DNA from: an uncultured delta proteobacterium
GTDB lineage: Bacteria; Myxococcota_A; Polyangia; Polyangiales; Houyiibacteriaceae
Assembly (NCBI GenBank): GCA_963842915.1
Contig: CAWJII010000004.1
Location: 1-64,000, forward strand
Reading direction: 5' to 3'
DNA length: 64,000 bases
Both the position numbers and the translations under genes were made by a program. Under the pieces are notes generated by a model, which was not told the DNA's origin, ran no database searches, and worked only from the letters and a program-made list of their open reading frames with translations. Positions 37,884 through 48,335 of the stretch are shown here, one piece after another (within the stretch, counting starts at the first letter, position 1; each line of letters starts with the position of its first letter).

Positions 37884-38888
37884 CTACTCGGCCGCGGCGG
37901 CAGCCTCGACAGCCTGAAGCAGGCTCTTGGGGAAGACCCGGCCCGTCATTTGATCTCTGACTTTCTTGGCGGCCGCGTCCCACTCGTCCTTGTACTTGCT
38001 CGTATCGGTCGCGATGATTCCCTTCTTCATGACGACCTCGTAGGCCTTCTGGTCGTCCCGGCGAATCGTCTTGTTGAGCAGCACTTCGACTCGCTCGCAG
38101 GTCCGCAGAAACGTTTCCTTGAGGTCGGCTGGAAGCGCGTCGACCTTGTCTTTGCGCATCACCATACCGCCCGCGATGATCGCAGAGTTGTGAGCGGTCA
38201 TGTAGTTCACCCGCGTGTACCACTGAAGCGCCACCGCCGTCAGCGCCGAGGAGGTCACCACGTCGACCATCTTGGTCTGCAGCCCGGGATACACTTCGTT
38301 CACGCCGAGCCGAACTCCATTGGCTCCGATCACGTTGTAAAACTCGATGAAGACCAGGTCGTCTTTCCACATCCACGGGCGCATCGATTTGATGTCAGAT
38401 GGCTTCTCGATCGCCTTTTGTGAAAAGAGCCGCGTCTTTCCTGCGTCTCCCCAGGCCAACATCGTGAAGCCTTCATCCTCGAACAGCTTCTCGAACTCGT
38501 CGGCCATCTTCAGACGCACCCGGTCTAGCTTCTCGTACGTGTCGAGGAAGTTCGGTAAGACCAAGATCACCATCGGACGGACGAGCATGCTCATCCCGGT
38601 CATCGTGACCACGCCGCCGTCGAGCTGCCCCACGCGCATCTTTCGAACGAAGTCGCGCTCGTCTCCTTGGGCGCCGCCCGGATAGAAGCGCAGCTTGATG
38701 CGGCCCTCGGTCTCGCTTTCGAGCGTCTTCTTCCAGGCGTTCAGAACCTTCATCCACGACGAGCCGGCAGGCGCGAGAGAGGCAATTCGGAACGTGACGG
38801 CCTCCTCAGCGCGGCTGCTCGGGACGCTGCCCGGTAGCCCCAGGAGAACGACCGCCAAGACCAGTACAAACGGGAAATATCGATTCAC
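37884..38888 (-). CDS. TRAP transporter substrate-binding protein (DctP family), orphan
   Basis: Signal peptide. DctP-family pattern. No DctQ/DctM genes adjacent. Confidence 0.8.
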   Translation of the reverse strand: MNRYFPFVLVLAVVLLGLPGSVPSSRAEEAVTFRIASLAPAGSSWMKVLNAWKKTLESETEGRIKLRFYPGGAQGDERDFVRKMRVGQLDGGVVTMTGMSMLVRPMVILVLPNFLDTYEKLDRVRLKMADEFEKLFEDEGFTMLAWGDAGKTRLFSQKAIEKPSDIKSMRPWMWKDDLVFIEFYNVIGANGVRLGVNEVYPGLQTKMVDVVTSSALTAVALQWYTRVNYMTAHNSAIIAGGMVMRKDKVDALPADLKETFLRTCERVEVLLNKTIRRDDQKAYEVVMKKGIIATDTSKYKDEWDAAAKKVRDQMTGRVFPKSLLQAVEAAAAAE

Positions 38889-38912
38889 GAAACGGGGTAT
38901 ACCCGGCCTGGC

Positions 38913-39830
38913 CTACTCTCGTCCAGAGCTACTGCGCTTGGCACGACGGGTGACCGCTCTGAACACCCGCTGAAACATCGCCGCGTCGCCGGAAACGGGC
39001 TCGCGCTGGTCCTTCTTGTCGCCCGACTCGGGGTAGAGCTGATAGGCGGCGTTGAGGACCCGGTCGATCGCGTTCGGGGCCACGCCATAGGCGAATTCGA
39101 AGAGATTCCCAACCGGAGTGGCCACTCGCTTGGGCTGGTGGACGATGCCGTCGACGATCAGGTCCGCGGCCTGCTCGGCCGTCCGCATCGGAAACGCATC
39201 GTAGATGGTGGTCGACGCCATCATGGGAGTCTTGACCAGCGGCATGTAGATCGTCGTGACTTTGACCCCGTCCCGGAGCGCCTCGACTGCGAGCACTCGG
39301 CTGAAGGCATCGAGGGCCGCCTTGCTTGCGACATACGCGCCGTAGCGCGGCACGTTCACCTGAACGCCGATGGTCGACACGTTGAGAATCTGACCTTGCT
39401 TCTGCGCGCGCATCCCGGGAAGGAAGCCCATGATGAGACGCACGGCGCCGAGGAAGTTGAGCGCGAGCGTGCGCTCGAAGTCGTGAACGCGCTCATAGGA
39501 CTTCTGCACGCTTCGGCGAATCGATATGCCCGCATTGTTGACCAGGATGTCGACCTTCCCGTGCTCTTCGAGAACCGTCGCGACCAGGCGTTGCGCGTCA
39601 TCGGCGTTCGACAGGTCGCAGGGGTATGCGAACGCGAGCCCGCCGCGGGCTTCGATCGCCGTCTTCATCTCATCGAGCTTGTCTGCCGAGCGGGCGACGA
39701 GCAGCACCTTGGCGCAGGCGTCGCCCAGGCGATTCGCGAGCGCCTCGCCGATCCCGCTCGAAGCGCCGGTGATTACCACAACGCGGCCGGAAACCCGTTC
39801 GCGCAAGCCGCCATCGTCAGAGCTAGTCAC
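38913..39830 (-). CDS. SDR family oxidoreductase
   Basis: TGASSGIG; NNAG; YxxxK (YVASK). Confidence 0.85.
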   Translation of the reverse strand: MTSSDDGGLRERVSGRVVVITGASSGIGEALANRLGDACAKVLLVARSADKLDEMKTAIEARGGLAFAYPCDLSNADDAQRLVATVLEEHGKVDILVNNAGISIRRSVQKSYERVHDFERTLALNFLGAVRLIMGFLPGMRAQKQGQILNVSTIGVQVNVPRYGAYVASKAALDAFSRVLAVEALRDGVKVTTIYMPLVKTPMMASTTIYDAFPMRTAEQAADLIVDGIVHQPKRVATPVGNLFEFAYGVAPNAIDRVLNAAYQLYPESGDKKDQREPVSGDAAMFQRVFRAVTRRAKRSSSGRE

Positions 39831-39877
39831 CGGACAAGCCTAGCCGAGCCGGGCCGATCCGCAGTCGAAAACCGCGA

Positions 39878-40690
39878 CTACTCGTCGATCGCGCGGCTAT
39901 ACAGCGCCTGAACATGACGCGCGTTGTTGCCTTCCAGCAGATTGATGCGCTGAATCTGCTTCGGGCCCGCCTCGACGATCTCCTTGGCGACCAGCCAATC
40001 TACGGACTCCGTGTAGGGCGGCGTCGTGAGCGAGCCTCGGTAGTGGTAGTAGTGCAGGCTTTGGAGGTCGACCTTGGGCGGAAAGGCGTCGCCGATATAC
40101 ACGTCGTGGAGCTCTGCGGATTCTCCTGGCCGTGGCGGAACGGCGTCGAGGAATTCGCTCAGGAAGCGGTTCGGCCTGCCCATCCTGACGAGCAGCGCGA
40201 TGACCAGGTATTCCGGCGGGGCGTCCGCGGAGGGCCGGGGCCTGGAATGAACCAGATGAGCTTCCATCGGATAGGTGATGCCGTCGATCAGGTGCTCGGC
40301 GGGTGTGTGGAAGTGGAGCTGCTTGAACTCGTAGAGCTTGCCGTCGAGCTCCGTCGTGATCCCTTGCCCGAAGCTGAGCTCGACCGTGCTTCCGAGGTTC
40401 GCCACCTTCTCGGCCTCGATACCACCGTGGTAGACGATCTTGTGTTTTCCGGGCTCCGTCTCGTGCGAGAGAATGTTCACCGGCGACTGGAGCAGGCCAT
40501 GGTCCAAGCCCGGGAGCGCGTAGTACTCGGGATTGCCCGACTCATCCGCGGAGGGTGTGGCGGCATGACCGTGCCCCGCGGTTGCGTCACATGGAGGACA
40601 TGATGCGCTGCGGCCGGAATTGCAGCCAGAAGCCATCGCGACATCCAGTGCGAGCGCGAGCACGAACAAGGCAAGACCTGTTCGGTTCAT
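39878..40690 (-). CDS. alpha-class carbonic anhydrase, lipoprotein
   Basis: LHFHTPAEH and YRGSLTTPP match alpha-CA signatures; lipobox MASGCN. Confidence 0.85.
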   Translation of the reverse strand: MNRTGLALFVLALALDVAMASGCNSGRSASCPPCDATAGHGHAATPSADESGNPEYYALPGLDHGLLQSPVNILSHETEPGKHKIVYHGGIEAEKVANLGSTVELSFGQGITTELDGKLYEFKQLHFHTPAEHLIDGITYPMEAHLVHSRPRPSADAPPEYLVIALLVRMGRPNRFLSEFLDAVPPRPGESAELHDVYIGDAFPPKVDLQSLHYYHYRGSLTTPPYTESVDWLVAKEIVEAGPKQIQRINLLEGNNARHVQALYSRAIDE

Positions 40691-40754
40691 GCGGGGGTAC
40701 CTAGGGATAGCGGGGTATCTGGGTCAAGACCTGCGGCACGCTCACGCTCGTCGC

Positions 40755-42470
40755 TCAAGGCAATCGTCGCTGCTCGTCCGGAAGGTCGAGCGCGAGAGTG
40801 CCACCTGGATTGAGCACGTTCCTCGGGTCGAAGTGCCGTTTGAGGGCGCGGAAGACTTCGAGCTCGTCGCTGCCGATCTGACCCTCGAGCCAGGGCGCGG
40901 TCATCTTCCCGATGCCGTGGTGGTGGCTCATCGTCGCGCCGGAAGCTTGAACGGCGTCGAGAAGCCCGCGGTGGAACTCCAGAAACTCCTGGTGGCCCAT
41001 CTTCGCGATGAAGATGAAGTATAGATTCGCGCCCTGCGGGTAGCAGTGAGACATGTGCGTCATGCACACGGTCTGCGGGCGGCTTTTCACGTACGCGCGC
41101 ACCTGCTCGTGCACCTTCGGCAGCTCGTCCCAGTTTGTGGCGCACTCGAGGGTGTCGATGAGAATGCCGTAGTCCTGCAAGTCCTCTCTCATGTAGGGAT
41201 CGGCGAAGCGTCCGTGCTCCCACTTCTTGGTGATGAAGCCGGTCGTGTACATGCCGCCGTGCGCGTTGCAAACTTGGCGTAGGCGGCGTTTGACCATCGC
41301 CGTGTAGGCGCGGTCTCCGTCGACCGTGCCCAGCATCAGGCATCGCTCGCCCTTCTTGAAGCCTCGCAGGCTCACCAGGGTGTCGATCGGCGTGCCTTCC
41401 ACACCGTAGAGCTTGAAGGCAACGTCGGTCTCCTCTGGATCGGACAATCGAAAGACCGACGGAAACCCAAATTCGCCCTGCATGATCTCGCGCACCGCCG
41501 TAGTTCCACTCTTCCAGTCCGGAAAGATGAAGCTGAAACGGCGGGTGTTCTCCGGCTGGTAGCGGAAGACTTTCAAGGTGACCGACACCAAGATCCCGTA
41601 GGCGCCTTCGCTTCCAATCATGATCTGGTCGAGATTCGGTCCAGTCGCATAGGCGGGGACATCGACGGTCTTGATCGTGCCAACCGGGGTAATGTACTCC
41701 TGGCTCAGAACCAGGTCCTCCGCCTTGCCGTAGTAAGTCGAGTTCTGCCCCGCTCCACGGGTCACCACCCAGCCGCCTGCGGACGAGAACTCAAAGGATT
41801 GCGGAAAGTGGCCGCAGGTGTACGCGTGCGGCGCGTTGAATCGCTCTGAGGCACAGCGGAGCGCCTCTTCGAGCTCCGGCCCCAAAATCCCAGGCTCCAC
41901 CGTCACCGTCTGGTTGACGGCGTTGAGTGAGAGAATGCGTTTCATGTGCGTGCCGAGGTGGATCGAAACCCCGCGTTTGAAGCACTCGGTGCCGCGGGTC
42001 ACGCTCGAGCCTGCGCCGTAGGTGTACAGAGGGATCTCTTGCTCGTGGCAGTAGCGAACGATCTTTTCGACATCGTCGCGGTCGCGCGGATGAAGCACCA
42101 GGTCAGGAAGGTTCTCGACCTGGTGATCGCGCAGCCGAAGCGCGTCGATCATCGTCTTGCCGTACGACACGCGGAGTCGCGAGTAGACATCGTCGCTGAC
42201 GTTCTCTTCGCCCAGGAGCCCGCGGAAGAAGCCCTGCTGCTCGGCGTTGAGAGAGATCGAAGCATCCGCCGTCACCTCTTCGAGGCCGAGCTTCTGCGGC
42301 GTCGCGAAGTGCTCGTCGCTCAGACCGAACGTCTCCTTCATCAAGTCGTAGAGCCGGGGATTCGGGTGCTTGTAGGCCTCGGGCGCACCCCATTTGAAGG
42401 CCGAACGATAGGAGCGCTTGGGAAGAGCTCCCTCGAACCACTGCGGGGTGAACGAATCCTTGTCCGTCAT
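40755..42470 (-). CDS. FAD-linked oxidase, alkyl-dihydroxyacetonephosphate synthase (AGPS)-like
   Basis: 571 aa. PCMH-type FAD-binding domain. C-terminal HHH triad (MSHHHGIGK) is characteristic of AGPS. Confidence 0.75.
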   Translation of the reverse strand: MTDKDSFTPQWFEGALPKRSYRSAFKWGAPEAYKHPNPRLYDLMKETFGLSDEHFATPQKLGLEEVTADASISLNAEQQGFFRGLLGEENVSDDVYSRLRVSYGKTMIDALRLRDHQVENLPDLVLHPRDRDDVEKIVRYCHEQEIPLYTYGAGSSVTRGTECFKRGVSIHLGTHMKRILSLNAVNQTVTVEPGILGPELEEALRCASERFNAPHAYTCGHFPQSFEFSSAGGWVVTRGAGQNSTYYGKAEDLVLSQEYITPVGTIKTVDVPAYATGPNLDQIMIGSEGAYGILVSVTLKVFRYQPENTRRFSFIFPDWKSGTTAVREIMQGEFGFPSVFRLSDPEETDVAFKLYGVEGTPIDTLVSLRGFKKGERCLMLGTVDGDRAYTAMVKRRLRQVCNAHGGMYTTGFITKKWEHGRFADPYMREDLQDYGILIDTLECATNWDELPKVHEQVRAYVKSRPQTVCMTHMSHCYPQGANLYFIFIAKMGHQEFLEFHRGLLDAVQASGATMSHHHGIGKMTAPWLEGQIGSDELEVFRALKRHFDPRNVLNPGGTLALDLPDEQRRLP

Positions 42471-43615
42471 GCTTTCTCTCTTTCCGTCGGGTGGACCGGC
42501 ATGTCCCAGGGAGTGCCCAGGAGCGCCAGCTTCATTCGCTGCAACTTCGAGGGCTGGACGCGATTGGGCCGGAGCGGGAGCTCGTGCTCCTGCATGAGCC
42601 CGGAGTCGATGCCATCGATGAGCTCGAGTGTACCGTAGGGGAGAAGCAAGTCGGCCACAGCCTTGCGATTGGGTTCACTGAGACTCCGATACTCGTTCTG
42701 GAGCACTTCGAGGCAATAGACGCGATAGTGCACGACCTTGAGATCGCGATAGGTCACGCCGTGCGCCTCGTGGTCGAGACGTGACTTCCCCGCGGCCCAG
42801 GCGCGCGCGTTCCGGAGAAGGAACGGCCAGTAGCTCTGTGCAATCTCGCGAAGGAAGTACGCCCACCCGGGTTGCGAGAAATCGCTGAGGATGGGTTCCC
42901 GCCCAAGGCGGTGCGCGCGAGCGTTCCAGACCCGGCCGACCCAGGCGTACACCGCGGGCGCTCGCTCCTCCATCACCCGGCTCGGAGTCGGATCCTGCGC
43001 GTAGTGCCGGAACATCGGCCCGAACAGACCGATGTCGACGAGCGTCGGATGGCTCCCGAGCAGGAACGGTTGGTCGGCGAGCAGCTCGCTCATCGCATCG
43101 AGCAGGTCCAAGTATTGCTGCTTCACATGCGGCTCGGTTTCTGCGCTGACGCCGTCGCCGCTCAGATAGGTCGCCATCTGCCGGCGTCCGTAGTACCAGC
43201 CGGCGAGCCACTTGGGGACGGGGAAGTCAGCCAGCACCTCGTGACCGATGCGCCGCATCAGCAGCCTGCGGGACTCGACAGGCTGCCAACGCCAATAGAG
43301 CGCGGCCCGCCAGCACCATTCGTCAGCGTAGTCCTCGACCAGCTTCGACATGAAGCGCAGGACCGGGTCCCTCGGGATCACCCGTGACTCCGGATAGGCC
43401 GACTCGAGCCAGTCGATCATCGGCGTCGTGTCTTTGAGCCACTGCCCGTTCGCGAGGCGGAGGACGGGCACTTTCATGAGCCCAGTCGCTGGCAGGATCT
43501 CATCGACCATGACCTTCGAATCGACCACCCGTCGCTCGTACGGGATCTCCTTGTAGCGCAGGTAGGCCTCCATCTTGCCGCTGAAGTACGACATGTCCGC
43601 GACGTAGGCGGTCAT
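42467..43615 (-). CDS. glutathione S-transferase family protein
   Basis: N-terminal thioredoxin-like GST pattern (KVPVLRLANGQWLKDTTPMIDWLE). ATGA overlap with the AGPS-like gene. Confidence 0.65.
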   Translation of the reverse strand: MTAYVADMSYFSGKMEAYLRYKEIPYERRVVDSKVMVDEILPATGLMKVPVLRLANGQWLKDTTPMIDWLESAYPESRVIPRDPVLRFMSKLVEDYADEWCWRAALYWRWQPVESRRLLMRRIGHEVLADFPVPKWLAGWYYGRRQMATYLSGDGVSAETEPHVKQQYLDLLDAMSELLADQPFLLGSHPTLVDIGLFGPMFRHYAQDPTPSRVMEERAPAVYAWVGRVWNARAHRLGREPILSDFSQPGWAYFLREIAQSYWPFLLRNARAWAAGKSRLDHEAHGVTYRDLKVVHYRVYCLEVLQNEYRSLSEPNRKAVADLLLPYGTLELIDGIDSGLMQEHELPLRPNRVQPSKLQRMKLALLGTPWDMPVHPTEREKA

Positions 43616-43753
43616 TGGCTCCCAATCGGGATGTCGTGACTCTGGCACGTGAGTTCCTCCAGGTTCTACTGATCGAGTCTTGAGCGTCGCAAGATACCAT
43701 GTCACAGGACTCGCTGACGCTCATGCAGGAAAGCCAACGCTGAGGAGGCCCAG

Positions 43754-44533
43754 ATGAACGGGAGAGAAACAGCCCTAATCACCGGTGCCTCGATGGGCAT
43801 CGGCAAAGAGCTCGCGAAGATTTTCGCGGCGGACGGCCACGACCTGGTGCTCGTCGCCCGGAGCGAGCACAAGCTTCAGAGCTTGGCGCAGGAGCTCGAA
43901 GGCGCACACGGCATCAGCGCTCAGGTCGTGACAGCCGACCTCACGGACCCGGGCGCGCCAGCCGCCATCTTCGCGGCACTGCAAAGCAAGGGGGTCGAGC
44001 TCGACTACCTGGTCAACAACGCCGGCTTCGGAGCGAACGGCCCCTTCGCGGAGCTTTCACTCCAGTCACAGATGGACATGCTGCAGGTCAACATCGATGC
44101 CGTCGTTGCCCTCTGCCACCTTGCCTTGCACGGCATGCTCGCGCGCCGCAAGGGACGGATTCTGAACGTTGCGTCAACCGCGGGTTTTCAGCCAGGGCCC
44201 GACATGGCCGTGTACTATGCGACCAAGTCGTTCGTGCTCATGTTCTCCGAGGGCATCGCCGAAGAGGTCAAGGACGCAGGCGTCACCGTGACGGCGCATT
44301 GCCCGGGCGCGACGGCGACGAATTTCGGCGGCACCGCGGGGAACGACACGAGCATCCTTTTCAAGCTCGGGGCCGCGCCCGCGGACAAGGTCGCCAGACA
44401 CGCCTACCGCTCGATGATGAAGGGCAAGGTAGTGGCCATCGAGGGCTTGCTGAACTGGATCGCTGCGTTCAGTGTCCGCTTCGGCCCCCGAGCCCTGGTT
44501 CGAAAGATCGCCCGCTGGATGAACAAGACATGA
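43754..44533 (+). CDS. SDR family oxidoreductase
   Basis: TGASMGIG; NNAG; YYATK. Confidence 0.85.
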   Translation: MNGRETALITGASMGIGKELAKIFAADGHDLVLVARSEHKLQSLAQELEGAHGISAQVVTADLTDPGAPAAIFAALQSKGVELDYLVNNAGFGANGPFAELSLQSQMDMLQVNIDAVVALCHLALHGMLARRKGRILNVASTAGFQPGPDMAVYYATKSFVLMFSEGIAEEVKDAGVTVTAHCPGATATNFGGTAGNDTSILFKLGAAPADKVARHAYRSMMKGKVVAIEGLLNWIAAFSVRFGPRALVRKIARWMNKT

Positions 44534-45234
44534 TGAACACGAGATTCTTTGCAGCTGCCGGGATTCTGGCATTTCTTCTTTGCAGTTCGGGAGCCTCGGC
44601 ACAGGGCGCCTGGTCGTACGAGCCAACCCCAAGCTCGACCTACACGACTAGCCCGGTAGAGCAGTACCCGCCCCCGACATCGGCCAAGCAGCAAGCCTCG
44701 CACCGCGGCTACATAGGCTCCTTCAGCCTGGGCGTCCCGATTTGGCTGAAGGTCGACAGCGATGTGGTGCGGCCTGGCGCCGATCTCACGGGCTTCGGCG
44801 GCTTCGACATGGGCTACGTCGCTTTCGGTCTCTCGCTGGGCGCAGCCTGGACGCCGATCAACTTCTACAACATCCCCAATCTACCGGCCGGGTCGAGCTA
44901 CGACCGAAGCCCGATGACACGCCTCTACCTCTCCCCCGAGTTTCGGGTTCAGGTGCCCAACCGCAGCCCACTACTGCCGTACATCGGCATCAGCTTCGAC
45001 GCGAACTGGTGGCGCGTGAAAGCCACCGACATCATTTGCGGCTGGTACTACTGCACGCGGGTTGCAGTCTTCCGCTTCACCCCCGGCATGACCGCAAAGG
45101 TCGGCTTGGCCGTCCGTGTGGCATCCGGAAGCTACATCGACATCGGGGTGAAGTACTCGCTCTCCGGCCCCGGAAGCTTCTTCTTTCGGCGCGAGCAGTG
45201 GGTCACCCCCTACATCGGCCTGCTCTTCCGCTGA
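44530..45234 (+). CDS. hypothetical outer-membrane beta-barrel protein
   Basis: Signal peptide; alternating aromatic/hydrophobic strands; C-terminal F. Confidence 0.5.
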   Translation: MMNTRFFAAAGILAFLLCSSGASAQGAWSYEPTPSSTYTTSPVEQYPPPTSAKQQASHRGYIGSFSLGVPIWLKVDSDVVRPGADLTGFGGFDMGYVAFGLSLGAAWTPINFYNIPNLPAGSSYDRSPMTRLYLSPEFRVQVPNRSPLLPYIGISFDANWWRVKATDIICGWYYCTRVAVFRFTPGMTAKVGLAVRVASGSYIDIGVKYSLSGPGSFFFRREQWVTPYIGLLFR

Positions 45235-45245
45235 GTCCCGCCGTT

Positions 45246-46454
45246 CTAGACGTACTTCTTGAGCTCCAGCCGCGCGACCATGCCGCGGTGCACTTCATCC
45301 GGCCCGTCGGCGATGCGAAGCGCGCGCGCCATCGCGAGCAGACGGGTTAGCTCGAGGTCGGACATGCCCTCCCCGCCGTGGATTTGAATCGCGGCATCGA
45401 CCACCGATTGCAGCACGTTCGGCGCGATGACCTTAATCGCGGAAATGTCGACCAGCGCGCCGAAGGTGCCCATCGTGTCGAGCGCCCAGGCGGCCTTCAT
45501 CGTCAGAAGCCGGGCCTGGTCGATCGCCATGCGGGAGTTCGCGATGATGTCGCGATTGCCGCCCAGGTTCGAGAGCGGCTTGCCGAACGCGACCCGAAGA
45601 ACGGCACGCTGACAAAGACGCTCGAGCGCCCGTTCCGCTGCGCCGATCGCGCGCATGCAGTGATGAATGCGCCCAGGCCCCAGGCGGCCCTGGGCGATCT
45701 CGAAACCTCGGCCCGGCCCGGCGATGATGGCGCTCGCCGGGAGATGCACGTCATCGAAGAGCACCTCGGCGTGACCGTGCGGCTCATCGGGATGGCCGAA
45801 GACAGGCAACATGCGCAGGACCTTGACGCCAGGGGCATCGGCCGGCACCAGCACCATCGAATGTCGTTCGTGCCGGCTCGCGGTCGGATCGGTGACGCCC
45901 ATGAAAATGTAGAAGCCGCAGCGCGGGTCACCGGCGCCGCTGGCCCACCACTTCTGCCCGTTGAGCACGACCTCGTCGCCGACGAGCTCGCAGGTGGCTT
46001 GCATATTGGTCGCATCGCTCGATGCGACCGCGGGTTCGGTCATTGCAAACGCCGAACGGATCTTTCCGTCGAGCAGAGGCTCGAGCCAGAGCTTTTTCTG
46101 CTCCTCGGAGCCGTATTTGACCAGGACCTCGGCGTTGCCGGTGTCGGGCGCGCTACAGTTGAAGACCTCCGGCGCGAGGAAGCTTCGTCCTGTGATCTCG
46201 GCGACCGGCGCGTAGTCGCGGTTGTCGAGGCCGGCGCCGTACTTTTCGTCAGGCAGGAAGAGATTCCAAAGCCCAAGCTCCTTCGCCTCGGCCTTGAGCT
46301 CCTCGACGATCGGGGGAATCTTCCACTCCCGCCAGTCGTCGCTGCCCACGAGCTGGTCGAGATAGGTCTGCTCGTTGGGGACGATGCGCTCGCGAACAAA
46401 GCGCTCCGCCTGCGCCATCACGTTTTGGGCCCGCTCCGAATGCGTGAAATCCAT
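45246..46454 (-). CDS. acyl-CoA dehydrogenase
   Basis: 402 aa; ACAD N-terminal, middle and C-terminal pattern (…[11 protein letters not shown]…). Confidence 0.9.
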   Translation of the reverse strand: MDFTHSERAQNVMAQAERFVRERIVPNEQTYLDQLVGSDDWREWKIPPIVEELKAEAKELGLWNLFLPDEKYGAGLDNRDYAPVAEITGRSFLAPEVFNCSAPDTGNAEVLVKYGSEEQKKLWLEPLLDGKIRSAFAMTEPAVASSDATNMQATCELVGDEVVLNGQKWWASGAGDPRCGFYIFMGVTDPTASRHERHSMVLVPADAPGVKVLRMLPVFGHPDEPHGHAEVLFDDVHLPASAIIAGPGRGFEIAQGRLGPGRIHHCMRAIGAAERALERLCQRAVLRVAFGKPLSNLGGNRDIIANSRMAIDQARLLTMKAAWALDTMGTFGALVDISAIKVIAPNVLQSVVDAAIQIHGGEGMSDLELTRLLAMARALRIADGPDEVHRGMVARLELKKYV

Positions 46455-46494
46455 ACTTCGCCTTGATACCGCATGCGTCTGGACAATTCACGCG

Positions 46495-46510
46495 GGAACT
46501 GCGCAGTTCC
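46495..46510 (+). promoter_or_regulatory. perfect 16-bp palindrome GGAACTGCGCAGTTCC between the divergent acyl-CoA dehydrogenase genes
   Basis: Read directly; 41 bp after the minus-strand ACAD start codon and 38 bp before the plus-strand ACAD start. Confidence 0.4.
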
Positions 46511-46547
46511 GGTGCTAGGTTTCGCCAGACTGAGGCAGACGAAGCGC

Positions 46548-48332
46548 ATGGCAACACAAGGCAACCCACTGATCGACGACGGCCTCGTCGATTTCATCCT
46601 CTACTCCGTTCTCGATGCCGGATCGCTCTGCGAGCTCGAGGCCTATCGGCAGCATTCGAAGGAGACTTTCGACCTCTACATCGACAGTGTCCGGCGATTC
46701 TCGCGAAACGACCTGCTTCCGACCTACAAGCCGATGGATGAAGAGCCTCCCGTGTTTCGCGACGGGCGCATCCATACCCATCCCGCGCTGCCCAAGCTCT
46801 ACGAACAGATGATCGACCTGGGCGTGCTCACCGCGACGCGCCCCGAATCGGTCGGCGGCCAGCAGATGCCGATGCTCATCCACACCATGGCCAGCGCCTA
46901 CCTGATGGCGGCCAACCTCAGTGCGTACGGCTACATCGGTCTCACGGTGGGTGCGGGGCACCTGATCGAAGCCTTTGGCTCCGATGAGCTCAAAGAGCGC
47001 TTCATGACGAAGATGTACGCGGGCGACTGGACGGGCACGATGGCGCTGACCGAACCGCAGGCCGGAAGCAGCCTGGGTGACATCAGCACCACGGCAAAGC
47101 CCACGGACGAGGGTCACTTCCTGATCAAGGGCAGCAAGATCTTCATTTCGGGAGCGGACCACCAGATCAGGGAAAACGTCGTCAACCTCGCGCTCGCCCG
47201 GATCGAGGGCGCTCCCGAAGGGACGAAGGGCATCTCGCTCTTTGCAATCCCGAGGCTTCGCGAGGAGGGCGGCAAGCTCGTCCCGAACGACGTGACGATC
47301 GCGGGGATGATCCACAAGATCGGCTGGAAGGGGCTGCCGAGCCTGGCGCTGGAGTTCGGTGACGAGGGCGACTGCCGCGGCTGGCTGGTCGGAGAACCCC
47401 ATCAAGGCCTTCGCTGCATGTTTCAGATGATGAACGAGGCCCGCATCATGGTGGGCGTCAACGGCTTCGCCACGGCTTCGGCCGCCTATCACGAGTCGCG
47501 CCTCTACGCGCTCGATCGCAAGCAGGGGCGAACCTTCGGTCAGCGCGGCGGCGAGCAGGCTTGCATCATCGAGCACGCCGATGTTCGGCGCATGCTCTTG
47601 CGCCAAAAAGCCATCGTCGAGGGAAGCCTGGCCCTGCTCGGCACCGTCTCTCTCTACGCGGACCTCGCTGCTCACGGCGCATCGGAGCAGGCGCGGGAGC
47701 GCGCAGATCTGCTCCTCAATTTGCTTACCCCGATCGCCAAGACCTTCCCGGCAGAGCGCGGCTTCGAGGCCAACGTGCTCTCCGTTCAAATCCACGGCGG
47801 CTACGGATACACGAGCGAGTACCTCCCTGAAGCGTACATGCGCGATCAGAAGCTCAATACGCTTCACGAAGGCACCAACGGGATCCAAAGCATGGATCTG
47901 CTCGGCCGGAAGGTGATGTCCAAAGGCGGCGCCCCGCTCCGAGCGCTAGCCGAAGAAATCGGCGGCACGATCGCGCGCGCCAGGAAGGCCGGCTGCGACG
48001 CGGAGCTATGCGACGAGCTCGAACGAGCGGTCGGGACCGTGGGCGAGATCACCATGGAGCTCGGACGACGCGGCATGTCGGGCGACGCCGAAGGCATGCT
48101 CGGCCACAGCTGGGACTACCTCGACATGTTCGCGACCCTCGTCATCGGCTGGCAGTGGCTCAACATGGCCGCGGTAGCGAAGACCGCATCCATCCCGGAC
48201 GAACGTAGACGAGGGATCGACGCTGCGTCGCGGTACTGGCTCCGCACAGAGCTTCCCCGCATCTCGCTCCTGGCAAACCTCTGCCAAAGCAACGAGGATT
48301 CCTACATCAGGGCCGAAGCAGATTGCTTCTAG
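46548..48332 (+). CDS. acyl-CoA dehydrogenase, long form (AidB/ACAD10-like, ~595 aa)
   Basis: ACAD domains plus a C-terminal extension; ATG at 46548. Confidence 0.85.
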   Translation: MATQGNPLIDDGLVDFILYSVLDAGSLCELEAYRQHSKETFDLYIDSVRRFSRNDLLPTYKPMDEEPPVFRDGRIHTHPALPKLYEQMIDLGVLTATRPESVGGQQMPMLIHTMASAYLMAANLSAYGYIGLTVGAGHLIEAFGSDELKERFMTKMYAGDWTGTMALTEPQAGSSLGDISTTAKPTDEGHFLIKGSKIFISGADHQIRENVVNLALARIEGAPEGTKGISLFAIPRLREEGGKLVPNDVTIAGMIHKIGWKGLPSLALEFGDEGDCRGWLVGEPHQGLRCMFQMMNEARIMVGVNGFATASAAYHESRLYALDRKQGRTFGQRGGEQACIIEHADVRRMLLRQKAIVEGSLALLGTVSLYADLAAHGASEQARERADLLLNLLTPIAKTFPAERGFEANVLSVQIHGGYGYTSEYLPEAYMRDQKLNTLHEGTNGIQSMDLLGRKVMSKGGAPLRALAEEIGGTIARARKAGCDAELCDELERAVGTVGEITMELGRRGMSGDAEGMLGHSWDYLDMFATLVIGWQWLNMAAVAKTASIPDERRRGIDAASRYWLRTELPRISLLANLCQSNEDSYIRAEADCF

Positions 48333-48335
48333 CCT

